Source: a virus
Lineage: Duplodnaviria; Caudoviricetes
Direction: 5' to 3' (one strand)
Length of the DNA stretch: 64,000 nt
IMG/VR virus record: IMGVR_UViG_3300020049_010034
Span: 32,914 to 96,913 of that record
The position numbers and the translations under genes were made by a program. Below are positions 9,785 to 20,158 of the stretch, piece by piece. Position 1 is the stretch's first letter, and each line of letters opens with the position of its first letter. Under the pieces are notes generated by a model. That model was not told where the DNA came from, searched no databases, and saw only the letters and a program-made list of their open reading frames with translations.

Positions 9785-10024
9785 TTACCAGTGGCCTTTA
9801 GGACAGACCATTCCAGCAAGCTTAGTCTTGACGGGCATCGCGCAGCCGCAGACTTCACACATCTTTAAAGCGCCGATCTTTTTTAGCAAAGGGCACGACT
9901 CACATATAGCCATTCTATTTTGAGCAACTTCGTCCGAAACGGACAGATCGCTTCCTTCCACCACGTTTGTCGCAATAGTTTTAGCGGATTCGGCTGCAAG
10001 CTTGATCTTTTCAAGTAAGCTCAT
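9785..10024 (-). CDS. small Cys-rich protein (DUF6171-like)
   Basis: RMAICESCP...CEVCGC...KTKL...CPKGHW. Confidence 0.7.
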   Translation of the reverse strand: MSLLEKIKLAAESAKTIATNVVEGSDLSVSDEVAQNRMAICESCPLLKKIGALKMCEVCGCAMPVKTKLAGMVCPKGHW

Positions 10025-10335
10025 TTTGCACCCAAGGCGTTAATCAGGTTTAATAAAGAGTTCTTATCGAAAGAATCGCCGCCAACAAAATTACCGTTAT
10101 CGAAAACAAAAGTGTAGGGAATGGTCTCATTTTGATACGCCTCGAAGAAAGCTTTGTTTTCTTCATTTACTTCAATGTGGTACATCGATATTCCCAAACT
10201 GTTGGCGTGAGCCTCAAGCTCTGGGAGGTGCTTTTTAAGCTCTTGGCAGTGCTGGCATAGATCGGCCAAGGCATTGACAAGAGTGATTTTGGGGGAGTAC
10301 GCTATATCGCTTGCTTTAATGAATTTAATATCCAT
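10021..10335 (-). CDS. thioredoxin-like protein
   Basis: CQHC active site, TIPYTFVF cis-Pro motif; extended -10 TGaTACTAT 6 nt before the ATG. Confidence 0.8.
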   Translation of the reverse strand: MDIKFIKASDIAYSPKITLVNALADLCQHCQELKKHLPELEAHANSLGISMYHIEVNEENKAFFEAYQNETIPYTFVFDNGNFVGGDSFDKNSLLNLINALGAK

Positions 10336-10485
10336 GCGATAATAGTATCAGCCTTTCCTATAGCTTTTCAACCAAAATGCAGTTTTGCAGGTTCGTACCC
10401 TTAAGTTCTTGACAGTCTTTTACTAAAACGCGTGATGAAGCGCACCCCGATAAAAACAATATAGCAACTACTATTAGATATTTCA

Positions 10486-12309
10486 TTATCGTTGACCCAT
10501 GCAAAGGACGTTAATTTTCTCTCCGTCAGCTGGAACGGCTACCGAGTTCTGAGTGAAAAATTTATAAACGGTCGTAGTTGGAACGTCGTTAGAAATACAC
10601 CCTGCCTGAGCACTTATACAGGTGCAGGTCGGAGGGGTGCTGAATATTCCTGCGGCTATATTTAGCTGATACTCGCCAGCGGCTGCTCTGGTGACCGAAG
10701 TTAGCCAAGATCCAGATTGCCTGTTAATAGTACAGGGTGAGGAAGAGCAAACACCGCCCTCCGCAATGGTAGCCCGCTCAATCCTCTCAAGCCCAGCACT
10801 GTTTGAAGTGACGGAGCCGACTAAAAGAGGAGCAGGAAACTGTTGGTTAATGCCTACTATTGAAAACGATGTAGCTTTTACAGTGGTAGTGCCTCCATTA
10901 GAGGATGACTGAACCTTGAATGTCGATACTGAAGATAGCGAAGTAATGTTAGTTGTGCCGCACCCACCTGAAGTTACTTGAGTAGCGCCGCCACCGCCAT
11001 CTCCTGACTGTGCCCCAACAATTACATTTCCTGATCCATCTACTAATCTTGAAGTAGGGGAATTTAATGTGGCAACCATAGTACCTGTATAACAAACTAA
11101 GTACGAACCTATTTTTGGCACAGTGCAATCAATACCAAGAAGAGATGACCCGTTTATAACACAGCTAACGCCCGTAGAGTTTGTCGTGGTAACAGCACCA
11201 GTAATGCCTGTTGGATCGGCAAAAGATGCGGATGAGGTAGATCCAGATAAAGTAGCTGTTCCGCTCCAAGAAGCAGCGGTGTTATCAACACTTACCGCTT
11301 GCTGAGAAGAAGTTGGAAATCTATAAAGCTTTAAAACACCCGGCCCACCAGTCGATCCATATATTCCGCAACCTAAAGCTCCGTTAGTAGTTCTAGCTCT
11401 AATCTGTAAAGTGATATTGCTTTGAGCGGTGTCGTACTTGAAAGAAGATGTGAAGGTGGATCCTCGAAACGCGTCAGGGCCTGTTAGTGCGGACTCCACC
11501 GTAACTCGTTCGCGCCACTCGTTAGTGCCGTCGTAAACTTCATATAGACAAGCGTAGGAGCCAGCATTGCTTTGACCGAAATTGCCGTCATAAGTTAAAA
11601 AATACTCTCCAGCAGGAAGGCTTGCAAAAGTCATTGCTGGAACATTGGTAGCAGGGGCTTGAGCGTTACCTTCTACCGCGTAGCTACAACCAGCTTCAGG
11701 GCCGAAAGTAGCAAAAGATGTTGAAGTGGTGTTCCAAAAAGAAGCACATCCACTGATTTTTACCAGACCAAACATTTGAGCCTGACTGACGTTCGTTAGG
11801 TTGGTAGCATTTCCGTAAGTAACATTTGCAACCCGTAGAGCCGAAGTCCCTGTGTTGCCCGTGGTATTTGCGATACGCACTGTAGTAGATGACGACAGAT
11901 CACCGCAAGGAGCGTTTAATTGAACCTGCACTGGAGTAGTAGAAGCCCCTAAAACTTGAGAGGTAGCGACAACGGATGCGCCTTGTAAAACCTGAGCAAC
12001 GACATTTGACCCCATCGAAGATGCGGTATAGACAAAGCTAAATAAACAATTTCCACCAGACAGGCCGCGATCTAAAGTAGCTAAAGTCCAAGTGACGGAT
12101 CCGTTTGTGTTGTTTGGCAAAGCGATTGCGAAATCGGATTCTTTTGTAAGAGGCGTTGTGGTGTTTCTTGAAACGGTTGCGGAGTTCGCAACTGAAACAT
12201 CGTTTACGTTATCGAAAGCCGAAGAGTTTAGAACGAAGGATGATCCTAAGTTTCCAGCTTGATTTCCTAGTAAGTATTGTGATAAAAGTTTACGATTTGT
12301 ACTGTTCAT
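10486..12309 (-). CDS. tail fibre / receptor-binding protein
   Basis: S/T/G/A-rich beta-strand protein with paired Cys in the fibre module; start at 12309 overlaps the HNH stop (ATGA). Confidence 0.7.
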   Translation of the reverse strand: MNSTNRKLLSQYLLGNQAGNLGSSFVLNSSAFDNVNDVSVANSATVSRNTTTPLTKESDFAIALPNNTNGSVTWTLATLDRGLSGGNCLFSFVYTASSMGSNVVAQVLQGASVVATSQVLGASTTPVQVQLNAPCGDLSSSTTVRIANTTGNTGTSALRVANVTYGNATNLTNVSQAQMFGLVKISGCASFWNTTSTSFATFGPEAGCSYAVEGNAQAPATNVPAMTFASLPAGEYFLTYDGNFGQSNAGSYACLYEVYDGTNEWRERVTVESALTGPDAFRGSTFTSSFKYDTAQSNITLQIRARTTNGALGCGIYGSTGGPGVLKLYRFPTSSQQAVSVDNTAASWSGTATLSGSTSSASFADPTGITGAVTTTNSTGVSCVINGSSLLGIDCTVPKIGSYLVCYTGTMVATLNSPTSRLVDGSGNVIVGAQSGDGGGGATQVTSGGCGTTNITSLSSVSTFKVQSSSNGGTTTVKATSFSIVGINQQFPAPLLVGSVTSNSAGLERIERATIAEGGVCSSSPCTINRQSGSWLTSVTRAAAGEYQLNIAAGIFSTPPTCTCISAQAGCISNDVPTTTVYKFFTQNSVAVPADGEKINVLCMGQR

Positions 12310-12998
12310 ATCTTGTTTCCTTTCCTCATATTCTCTATGTGCCAAAGGGGTCTTAAGTTTGTGTAATGGCTAACCTTTAAAAATTCCTCTCGCTTGCCGA
12401 GATCCACCTTTGAGAGCGGGACAATATGGTCTATAGACCATTCGCTCGGCTTGATTCCATAGTTATTCCAACTCATCCCTTCTTGAAAACCCGATTCCAA
12501 ATGGGCTCTTAACTCATCTATAGAGCAGCCCAGAGCTTCTATAGCCGAACCTGTTTTTTGATTGTTTTTGATAGCCTTCAAGAATCGACACCTCATATTG
12601 TGGGATAGCCTGTATCCAATGTCTTCCTTAAACCTTTCTCTGTGTCTTTTATTCCTAAGAGATCGGGCGTAGTCCGTCTCTCTTCTTTTTTTAGCCTGAA
12701 TATTGAGCTGCTCTTTGTTTTTTTGATAATACTCTCGTTTTTTTGCTGACAATTTTTCTTTGTTTTTTCTCTGGTATTCTTTGTCCGAGTCCGACTTTGA
12801 TTTCTTATTCTCAGTTCTCCATTTTTTTAAATAAGCCAATCTATCGTCTCGTTTAATCAAATAGTTTTTTTTCGCCTTTTTGGCACAGCAAAGTTTGCAA
12901 AAATTCAGATACCCATCTTTCATCCCTCCATGTCTTTGGAAGCAACCGATATCTTTTTCTACCGAGCAGGTTTTACATCTTTTTACCGTGTTAAGCAT
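12306..12998 (-). CDS. free-standing HNH homing endonuclease
   Basis: N-terminal CKTC...CKLC zinc motif, basic helix, GMSWNNYG..WSIDHIVPLS...HYTNLRPLW..N..K. Confidence 0.9.
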   Translation of the reverse strand: MLNTVKRCKTCSVEKDIGCFQRHGGMKDGYLNFCKLCCAKKAKKNYLIKRDDRLAYLKKWRTENKKSKSDSDKEYQRKNKEKLSAKKREYYQKNKEQLNIQAKKRRETDYARSLRNKRHRERFKEDIGYRLSHNMRCRFLKAIKNNQKTGSAIEALGCSIDELRAHLESGFQEGMSWNNYGIKPSEWSIDHIVPLSKVDLGKREEFLKVSHYTNLRPLWHIENMRKGNKI

Positions 12999-13368
12999 TA
13001 CGAAAAGTCTCGATATAGCGGTCTAGGGTTTGAAAATACTGTAATTCGATCACATCGTACAGAGCCAAAGTAATGTTACCGTTTAAGATTAATCCGCCTG
13101 CGGTATCGGAGTTGGTCAGGGTAACGGTATTAACTAGACTGCCGCCAACCAAGCGAATGACAGCTCCGTCAATAGCCGTTACTGAAAAAGGTGATAGAAC
13201 TGACGCCACGACAGGGCCGCCAGAACCAGTGATCGTAATAGCTTGACTACGATCCGCCGTGGACAAAGTGATAGAACCAGCATTACTAACTGTTTGGGTG
13301 TACAGATTCCAAGCTCCGCCGCTTGAACCACCACCAAGTGAATCTTGGTTGGTTCTCTGTTTTATCAT
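12991..13368 (-). CDS. tail fibre-associated structural protein
   Basis: Beta-rich, GGGSSGG linker, ends L.Y....RYIETFR like a fibre tip domain. Confidence 0.6.
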   Translation of the reverse strand: MIKQRTNQDSLGGGSSGGAWNLYTQTVSNAGSITLSTADRSQAITITGSGGPVVASVLSPFSVTAIDGAVIRLVGGSLVNTVTLTNSDTAGGLILNGNITLALYDVIELQYFQTLDRYIETFRNA

Positions 13369-13404
13369 GGCCTTAGAGGATATTTTTCTTGAAATTGCGA
13401 TAAC

Positions 13405-14268
13405 TCACCCCATCCTTTTAAAGGAATAATTGTTTCTTGTTTTTTTTGTTAATCCCGCCATATTATTTACAATAGCGTTTTTATGAACGCATAACTCTTT
13501 TGCAGCCTCTGCTGCGTGAGAGTAAACCTTGCCAGTCTCAATGCACATTATCGGAACTCTTCTTTTGGAAATAATCCCCTTTTTTGATCGACCAATAGCA
13601 TCACAATGATACTGCGGAAGTTTTTTGCCCAACATTCTATCCCTTTTGGCCTGACGTTGTTCGGGAGTTAAGTTTTGTTTTTTGCCCTTTTTCTGTAAAG
13701 ACATTTTTTCTCTTGTTTCAGGTGAGTGTTTTTTACCCAGCATCGCTATTCGACATTTAGCCTTATGGCTTTCGGACAGTTTCCTACCCTTTAAATAGCT
13801 CCAATCCCTAGTTTTTGCAGCGATTCTCATATTCAGCACAGCTGATTCTGGCATTTTTTTACCCTTAATCCATGACGGACGGCCTTTGTTTGCATCTGAA
13901 ACTTTCTTTCGCATTTGATCTGACACTACGTTTGTTCTATCTTTAGACCCTAAACAGGTGTAGCCTTTTGGAGCCAAAGCATCGTATTTTTCAATAAAAA
14001 AATCCTCTAGCTGGTTTAAAGATTGCTGCTCGGAGCAGTAAACCAGAACTTCAAAATCAAAGTTGTCGACCCCATATTTTCTTATAGCTTTTTGGATTAA
14101 ACTAGGATTTTTAGGGTAATATTTTATATGGTATCTCCATCTTAAAGATGGGTTTTTTTGTATTGTCTGCCCAATATACTTTTTACCGTTTATTTTATTG
14201 CGGATAAGATAAACACAGCCATGCGAGTATTTTCCAGTAGGGCGGATAAGTTCTGTCAAGATCGCCAT
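13405..14268 (-). CDS. free-standing GIY-YIG homing endonuclease with NUMOD3 repeats
   Basis: GCVYLIRNKINGKKYIGQT; repeats GKKHSPETREKMS, GRKLSESHKAK; C-terminal IMCIETGKVY...EAAKEL HTH. Confidence 0.92.
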   Translation of the reverse strand: MAILTELIRPTGKYSHGCVYLIRNKINGKKYIGQTIQKNPSLRWRYHIKYYPKNPSLIQKAIRKYGVDNFDFEVLVYCSEQQSLNQLEDFFIEKYDALAPKGYTCLGSKDRTNVVSDQMRKKVSDANKGRPSWIKGKKMPESAVLNMRIAAKTRDWSYLKGRKLSESHKAKCRIAMLGKKHSPETREKMSLQKKGKKQNLTPEQRQAKRDRMLGKKLPQYHCDAIGRSKKGIISKRRVPIMCIETGKVYSHAAEAAKELCVHKNAIVNNMAGLTKKTRNNYSFKRMG

Positions 14269-15063
14269 TTAAATCTCCTTGCCCGAATATTTTATAATTG
14301 GGTGACTCTTATCTAGATAGTATCGCCAATAGACATCTTTCATTCCGTTTGGATACTTTCGGTACAAAAGCTTAAGCCATAACTTATAAGCCAGACTCCA
14401 AAACTTCGACCTTTGTTTTAAAAAATGCCAAGTAATGAAGGGAAGAGTTCTTGCGTCCGTATCTTCGACCTTATTAAAAGCTCCCACGAACTGCCCCACC
14501 AAAACGCCAAGCCACAAGAAAGGGTTTACGCATTCTGAAGCCGCCATCTTGGATAACCCAAGTAAAGACGGGGATCTACCCCACCAAGCGTCGATATGGA
14601 AAAGGTTGGGTTTGCGACAGTTCCAAAAGTTCTTTGGCTGAAAGCCGAAATTTAGAATCCGAGCAAGCCAGTAAGTTTTCTTGGAAAGATCAACCTTGTC
14701 GTAAGGATCAATTCCTTCGCATTTAACTTCCTTGCCGTGGTCAATCATGTTTCTAGCGTATCTTCCTTTATCGTAAAGGGCTGAAAAGGTAAGAAGGGCG
14801 GCTTGATTATCCATGGAATCAATCTCGGTTGAGTCTGGGAACCTACGGGAAAGACCGAACTCTTCTTCTAGGGATTTGAAAACCCATCTTAAACGCTCAA
14901 TCTCGTTTTGTAAATTTTCATCATTGTTTTCCTCAAGGCAGATTAGGTACTGCATTGTGAAAAGTGCGCCGTTTTGCGTAGCTTGACCTTCACCGCCAAC
15001 TGAGTTCAGTTGGTTTAATCCGTAAGAATCGCGGTATTTTAGAAAGTCATTAAAAAGCGACAT
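14269..15063 (-). CDS. hypothetical protein
   Basis: 264 aa ORF, AGAGGA SD, aromatic-rich and helical. Confidence 0.75.
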   Translation of the reverse strand: MSLFNDFLKYRDSYGLNQLNSVGGEGQATQNGALFTMQYLICLEENNDENLQNEIERLRWVFKSLEEEFGLSRRFPDSTEIDSMDNQAALLTFSALYDKGRYARNMIDHGKEVKCEGIDPYDKVDLSKKTYWLARILNFGFQPKNFWNCRKPNLFHIDAWWGRSPSLLGLSKMAASECVNPFLWLGVLVGQFVGAFNKVEDTDARTLPFITWHFLKQRSKFWSLAYKLWLKLLYRKYPNGMKDVYWRYYLDKSHPIIKYSGKEI

Positions 15064-15075
15064 TTTATTCCTCTA

Positions 15076-15528
15076 TTAATTGCTAATCTTAGTGATGTCC
15101 ATGAAATTTAGTGTCGGGTCGCCAGACAAGGCCCCAGCGGTTCCGTTTGACTGAGCCCGAATAACTATCGTATCTCCTGCCACCAAGCGTAACTTCGTTC
15201 TTACCGTTGCTATATACGGAGTTACTGGAGCGTTTGTTCCGATTGTGCGGCTCGCGGCGACGGAAGCGCCGTTTTTATATATAAATATATTGAACCCCTG
15301 ATTTGTCGCTAGGGTATTAAAAATACCGTCTAATTGCGCACCGATATCGTAAATTCCATCAGAGGGAACCGTATATGTTGGTGACGAATATGAGCTTGTT
15401 GTGTCAAAATCCTGTGTTGCAAACGGGATGGGATCGATAGTAGCGGCAATCGCTGTAGTCACACTGGTTGTATAGCGGCATGATGGGATTTCTTCTGTTA
15501 GTTTTTGGTCTACTTTTGTTAATGCCAT
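15076..15528 (-). CDS. C1q/TNF-like domain tail fibre protein
   Basis: IPFATQDFDT..Y..PTYTVPSDGIYDI...IYKNG...LVAGDTIVI pattern of C1q-like domains. Confidence 0.7.
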   Translation of the reverse strand: MALTKVDQKLTEEIPSCRYTTSVTTAIAATIDPIPFATQDFDTTSSYSSPTYTVPSDGIYDIGAQLDGIFNTLATNQGFNIFIYKNGASVAASRTIGTNAPVTPYIATVRTKLRLVAGDTIVIRAQSNGTAGALSGDPTLNFMDITKISN

Positions 15529-15537
15529 AAATTATCC

Positions 15538-18500
15538 TTACGTTTTAATGATGTAGTTGACATAAGCGTTCAGTGGTCTGGTTTCACTGCCGCCAGCGGA
15601 AGTGCTGGTTTCAGAGCCTCTCAGAACAGCCCCGTCAGTACCCCCATTAAACAGTTGGGTTGCTAATCCTCCATTGAAAAAATCTACATCGTGGGTGTGA
15701 GCGGAAAATTCGTCTGATTGCACTGAGCCTACATTATTCCCAGCGTTACCGCCCGTATTCATCGCCGTTCTTGAAGCAGAATCGGGGTCTCGACCCGCAG
15801 CTCCGTCTACGCCGCGCATGAAACGACCTCTATAATCAGGTATATTGAAGGTGGTGGTTCCGTTTCCTTGCCCGTGAGTTATCCCGATTACACCAAAGAG
15901 GGTAGAGTAAGTAGCTCTGCTTACGGCACTTCCGTCACAAAGTAAGAAACCTGATGGGGAAGATGATCCAGCATAAGGTATTATTGAGGCGGTCGGAATC
16001 AAAAACTCTAAAACATCACTTGCCAATTTTGCAACCGTTACGCTTCCATCGCTTGGAATTCCAAACGGCAACGTGAACCCACTAACCACTTGGATATTAT
16101 CCGAACCCAAAGGAGGAGCCGCACTAAACGTAAGCACCGTTCCAACTACCGTATAAGAAGGCTTTTGCTGATAAACACCCGTAATGTAAACGAAGGTGTT
16201 GTTAATCGAGCCCGGTGCTTGTGTTAAGTTAAACACAGTTGTAACGCCGTCACCTGAGAAAGTGTCTACCACGAAATTGCCAGCGGTTGTAACCGAGGTA
16301 TCGCGCAAAGTATAAAAACGATAGTTCAATAAATTTACAGAGCCTGCGCCAGATGTTTCAGTAGAGAAGAACCGAATATTAGTTTGTGTAGACGCGCTTG
16401 GGAATACCGAGCTTTGTGCTGTTGAGAATTGGAACGTCGGACGCTCTCCAACTTCAGACCAAGTCGATCCGTCGCCAGAAGCAGACCAGCCGACAACTGG
16501 AGCTGAAGCAATATCAAAAATATTATCGCCAACGGCAGACGAGTCTTCGTAATCGATCAAGTAGTCTTCATAAGCAGACCCTAAGAAAGTGGTAGATAGC
16601 GATTCTCCGTCACCAGAGTAAGCGTACAGCTCTTTAGTCTCGACGACTTCAGATACCGTACAGGCGTCTGCGGCTGGGTCTACCGTAAAAGCGGCTTCGA
16701 TCACGAAAGTGGTGTTCGATGCAGCTGACACGATCTTGCGAGCTTCAGAGCCGAAAATCAACATCTGTCCAACTAAATCTGAGCCGTCAACTGCTGGGAA
16801 TACCGCCGATGAAGACGATAGAACCATATTTACGCCAGTACCAGTGACGGTTTTTGACGCGTCATAGTTCAATTGATAAATCTGAGTTCCACCCTGATAG
16901 GTAGCCGTAGTTTGTGTTGGGTCGATAGTGCTTAAAGCGTTTAAAGGAGATTCCGAAAGATCGTCGGTAATCTTACCTTGGAATAGTAAAGAAACTAGGT
17001 CGTCATTGTAGCTTGCGCCACTTGAACCGCCAGCGCCGCCACCAGAGTTGAAACGGTAGATGCCAGAGTTCTCGATGATCGGAGTAGCTGACCCAGAAGT
17101 TCTCCAGCCATCAGCTGTGAAGTATTGAAGTAAAGCGTATCCGATCGGTAGGTTTGAAGATGGGAATAATGCGCCAATCACCGAAGGGGTGTTTTGGGAA
17201 ACTAGAGATCCGCCCGCCGAAAAAGAAACCGCAATCAATCCATCTGGCTGCAAGCTAAAACCTGCAACATAGAAATTTGTATCCACTGGAACGATCGTGT
17301 CGATTGCAAAATCAGGAGCAGGAGTTCCAACTGGCTGTGGTACTGAGAAGTCGATTGACAATCCAGACAATCCAGTCCATACCGAGCTTGCCACAGGGGA
17401 AACCGTTTTGTTTGCACCGTCGCCTGCGGAAGTCGTGGAGTCTTCGAAATACAAGTTCTGATCAAACGAGCCCGTGTTTGCGCCGCGAGGCTTCAAAGGA
17501 ATGTTTGACTCAGTATCTAGAGCCTTGATGGCCGTGGTTAAATTGTCATCGTCGGCAACGGTCGCGTTTCCAGCGGTCGTTGCAGCTGGAGTTTTGGTAG
17601 AGTAAATCGGTGTTGAATCAGAGTCGTCAATCGCACCAATGAAAGCCAAGGTGTCATTTGATACGCCTTGAGAGATACGGGTTGATTCACCTTCGTGAAG
17701 CTGAGTTGCGTTCAAGCGAACATAAACTAACGCGTCCGCGCCGCCGTCATCAGCCCGAGCAAATAGCCACCACACATCCCCAGTAAAAGGAACATCTTCG
17801 CGAGCGTCAGTTAGGATATATCGATTCGCGGTCGGTGATACAGGAGGGTTAGTAAATACAGTGTTCGCTGTACCGTACACGCCGTAGCTTGCATAAGACT
17901 CATAGGTATTGCTCACACCAGTAAAAGCCTGAGTTAAAACTACGTTTGAATCATCTACAACTGTTGCGATTTGGTAAAAAGCTGTGTCGTCTTCTTCTGC
18001 TAGGCGAATGAAATCGCCTTCCATCAGCTCGTCAGTCCAAGGAGCGGCAGCGGAAACAGCGGTTGATCCGTTCGTCCAAACTAAAGGTTGCGCAAGCTCG
18101 ATGTTGCGTTGCATATTAAGGTACGCAACTTCGTTATCAGCCAAGGTAATATCCGCAGCTCCTGCCGATAAGGTATTATTTTCTAAAATTTGATAATTAA
18201 GAGGAGTTCCAACTACTTTGATAAAGATGTCGGAGTTCCAGTTCATTCTTCCAGCAATAGTCTGGCTATGGGTTATGATCCCGTCACCCGTCACGATCGC
18301 TTTGGTGGTATCTTCGGCTAAAGAGGTGATAGAGCCAGAAGCTGAAATAGGAGAGTACCAATATGTAGTCCCCTTGATTTCTTTGATAAGAGACATCGTA
18401 GCATCCATCCAGTCTTTCAAAGATAGAAGCTGTTTATCGCCGCCTAAGAATGGATCCGCCCCGCTGCCGTCCGTCTTCGTAGATGGGTTTTCATCCCTGC

Positions 18501-19137
18501 CTTGGCTCCATGGGTACACATAGGCTGGGTTGGGCGGATTATTCCCACCACGACCTAAACGCAAGAATAGGGGTCGTCGGTCTTCAAGCTGGGAAACGCC
18601 ATTTTGAGCGTTAGTTCTGATCCTTGCGATCGGAAGTCCATTTGAAGATGGTGGGGAATTTGATATCACGATTCGGTAATCGAGAACCAAAGCTAGGGGG
18701 ATTGACTTGCTAATTTCAGCTTGTGTAGATGGATCCCAAAGGTATACGGTATCTGTGGTAGAAGGATCTACGGCACGGATATACTCAATACTGACATAGT
18801 TATCAGCGTTTGCCGTGAAGCTGCCCACGACTTTTGAGTTGGTAACGGTGTTTAAAGCTTGAGGAGCCTCGGTGGACGGGATAACTAAGATAGTTCCAGA
18901 CGTTTGAGACTGAGAGTGCAAAAGAGCAGAGTCAGCTACTAAAAGCTGAGCTGAAGAGGCTTGGTTCCCAAAGGTTGCTGAAATGGTAAAACCTTTCACA
19001 ACATAGCTTATTCCGCCAGTCATGGATCCTGAAAAAAGATCGTCAAAATCAGATCTTACGGCTGATTCTACTGAACGAAGTTGGCTTAAATCAACGCGCT
19101 GGTTTGAGATCCAGTTTTGGGTTCTGCGAATACTCAT
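15538..19137 (-). CDS. long tail fibre / baseplate-fibre protein with phage tail-collar domain
   Basis: C-terminal PTASIIPYAG..PSGFLLCDGSAVSRATYSTLFGVIG...FNIPDYRGRF...ETRPLNAYVNYIIK; FSGDGVTTVF..VYITGVYQ module. Confidence 0.85.
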   Translation of the reverse strand: MSIRRTQNWISNQRVDLSQLRSVESAVRSDFDDLFSGSMTGGISYVVKGFTISATFGNQASSAQLLVADSALLHSQSQTSGTILVIPSTEAPQALNTVTNSKVVGSFTANADNYVSIEYIRAVDPSTTDTVYLWDPSTQAEISKSIPLALVLDYRIVISNSPPSSNGLPIARIRTNAQNGVSQLEDRRPLFLRLGRGGNNPPNPAYVYPWSQGRDENPSTKTDGSGADPFLGGDKQLLSLKDWMDATMSLIKEIKGTTYWYSPISASGSITSLAEDTTKAIVTGDGIITHSQTIAGRMNWNSDIFIKVVGTPLNYQILENNTLSAGAADITLADNEVAYLNMQRNIELAQPLVWTNGSTAVSAAAPWTDELMEGDFIRLAEEDDTAFYQIATVVDDSNVVLTQAFTGVSNTYESYASYGVYGTANTVFTNPPVSPTANRYILTDAREDVPFTGDVWWLFARADDGGADALVYVRLNATQLHEGESTRISQGVSNDTLAFIGAIDDSDSTPIYSTKTPAATTAGNATVADDDNLTTAIKALDTESNIPLKPRGANTGSFDQNLYFEDSTTSAGDGANKTVSPVASSVWTGLSGLSIDFSVPQPVGTPAPDFAIDTIVPVDTNFYVAGFSLQPDGLIAVSFSAGGSLVSQNTPSVIGALFPSSNLPIGYALLQYFTADGWRTSGSATPIIENSGIYRFNSGGGAGGSSGASYNDDLVSLLFQGKITDDLSESPLNALSTIDPTQTTATYQGGTQIYQLNYDASKTVTGTGVNMVLSSSSAVFPAVDGSDLVGQMLIFGSEARKIVSAASNTTFVIEAAFTVDPAADACTVSEVVETKELYAYSGDGESLSTTFLGSAYEDYLIDYEDSSAVGDNIFDIASAPVVGWSASGDGSTWSEVGERPTFQFSTAQSSVFPSASTQTNIRFFSTETSGAGSVNLLNYRFYTLRDTSVTTAGNFVVDTFSGDGVTTVFNLTQAPGSINNTFVYITGVYQQKPSYTVVGTVLTFSAAPPLGSDNIQVVSGFTLPFGIPSDGSVTVAKLASDVLEFLIPTASIIPYAGSSSPSGFLLCDGSAVSRATYSTLFGVIGITHGQGNGTTTFNIPDYRGRFMRGVDGAAGRDPDSASRTAMNTGGNAGNNVGSVQSDEFSAHTHDVDFFNGGLATQLFNGGTDGAVLRGSETSTSAGGSETRPLNAYVNYIIKT

Positions 19138-19214
19138 GTTTTACTATTCCTCTAGATGTAAAGATTCCTTTCCTATCGAAATAGTATCACATATAGAGTA
19201 AACGCAATCTGTTT

Positions 19215-19565
19215 ATGCAGGAGGGCTTCATGCAACACGCCAAAAAGCCGCCTCAGAAAGAGCAAGATAAGACCAAATTAAGGCAATTAGCTAATGAAAA
19301 CAAAGAGTTACGAAAAGAAATCAAACATTTAAGACGCGAGATCTTAAAATTCCACAACAAGAAAGAATTGGAACCAAAAGAGTCTGATATACCTTTGCCT
19401 GAAACCAAAAGTAGAGATGGTAAGGATTGGACTTGCCATAAATGCAATACGGGCGTACTAACCAAAGTTGAGTACACCCGTATCGGAGAAAACTGGTACT
19501 TTAGAAAATGCAACGGTAGTAATTGCACTTATCGTACCAGAGGCAAAAAATCTACTGACGAATAG
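19215..19565 (+). CDS. coiled-coil plus zinc-ribbon protein
   Basis: CHKC...C(NGSN)C; preceded by the GCAATCT motif; start may be 19230. Confidence 0.65.
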   Translation: MQEGFMQHAKKPPQKEQDKTKLRQLANENKELRKEIKHLRREILKFHNKKELEPKESDIPLPETKSRDGKDWTCHKCNTGVLTKVEYTRIGENWYFRKCNGSNCTYRTRGKKSTDE

Positions 19566-19968
19566 GTTTGTTCTGGGTAAATACGGCCTGAACTGGCTCA
19601 GCTCTTGATGATAAACCGTGCGCTTCCTTTTGTTTTGAATCTTGATCGATCAAGATCCCAAGAGTCAAAATAAAGACCCCAGCGATATATCCTGTAAACA
19701 CAGCCGCGATAATCGCTAAAATAAACACGATAGGGCTAATTCGCTTACCTTCTGTAAGAATGAAGCCCAAAAAAGCAAAATAGAAAAACGATACGAATCC
19801 GCTAAGAACAGTAAAAGCAGTCATATTGTAGTTATCTTCGCTTTTCAAAAAGGTGCTGATCAGCATCATGTTGATGCGTAGCAGGATTAGGTAATGGGTC
19901 GCCACAAAAATGGCGATGCCGCCAAAATCACGATCTTCGGTTGTATTGAATGGATTTAAAGTTTTCAT
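19552..19968 (-). CDS. membrane protein
   Basis: Three to four hydrophobic segments; ATG at 19968 after AGAAAG. Confidence 0.65.
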   Translation of the reverse strand: MKTLNPFNTTEDRDFGGIAIFVATHYLILLRINMMLISTFLKSEDNYNMTAFTVLSGFVSFFYFAFLGFILTEGKRISPIVFILAIIAAVFTGYIAGVFILTLGILIDQDSKQKEAHGLSSRAEPVQAVFTQNKPIRQ

Positions 19969-19978
19969 ATATTTCTTT

Positions 19979-20134
19979 CTATTGTAAAGGGTAACCAGTT
20001 TCTGCAATGGCTTTTTGTTCTTGCTCAAGCCACATTTCCATCAATTCCTCTTCGATAGCTTGGGCGAACCAGTTATCTCCGAAGTCGATTGCTTGCTCCA
20101 TCACTTGTTTCATTTCTTTTTCAGTTTTATACAT
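19979..20134 (-). CDS. small acidic protein (51 aa)
   Basis: Below the ORF-track cutoff: MYKTEKEMKQVMEQAIDFGDNWFAQAIEEELMEMWLEQEQ...; GAAAGG SD and own promoter. Confidence 0.6.
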   Translation of the reverse strand: MYKTEKEMKQVMEQAIDFGDNWFAQAIEEELMEMWLEQEQKAIAETGYPLQ

Positions 20135-20158
20135 TTGTTTTTTGCCTTTCTTTCCTAA

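Noticed and set aside
12306-14268. Group I introns housing the HNH and GIY-YIG genes
   Set aside because: Both ORFs abut or overlap their neighbours, leaving no room for an intron core, and the flanking genes look complete.
10486-19137. Diversity-generating retroelement or invertible fibre cassette
   Set aside because: No reverse transcriptase, invertase or template/variable repeat pair is visible in this window.
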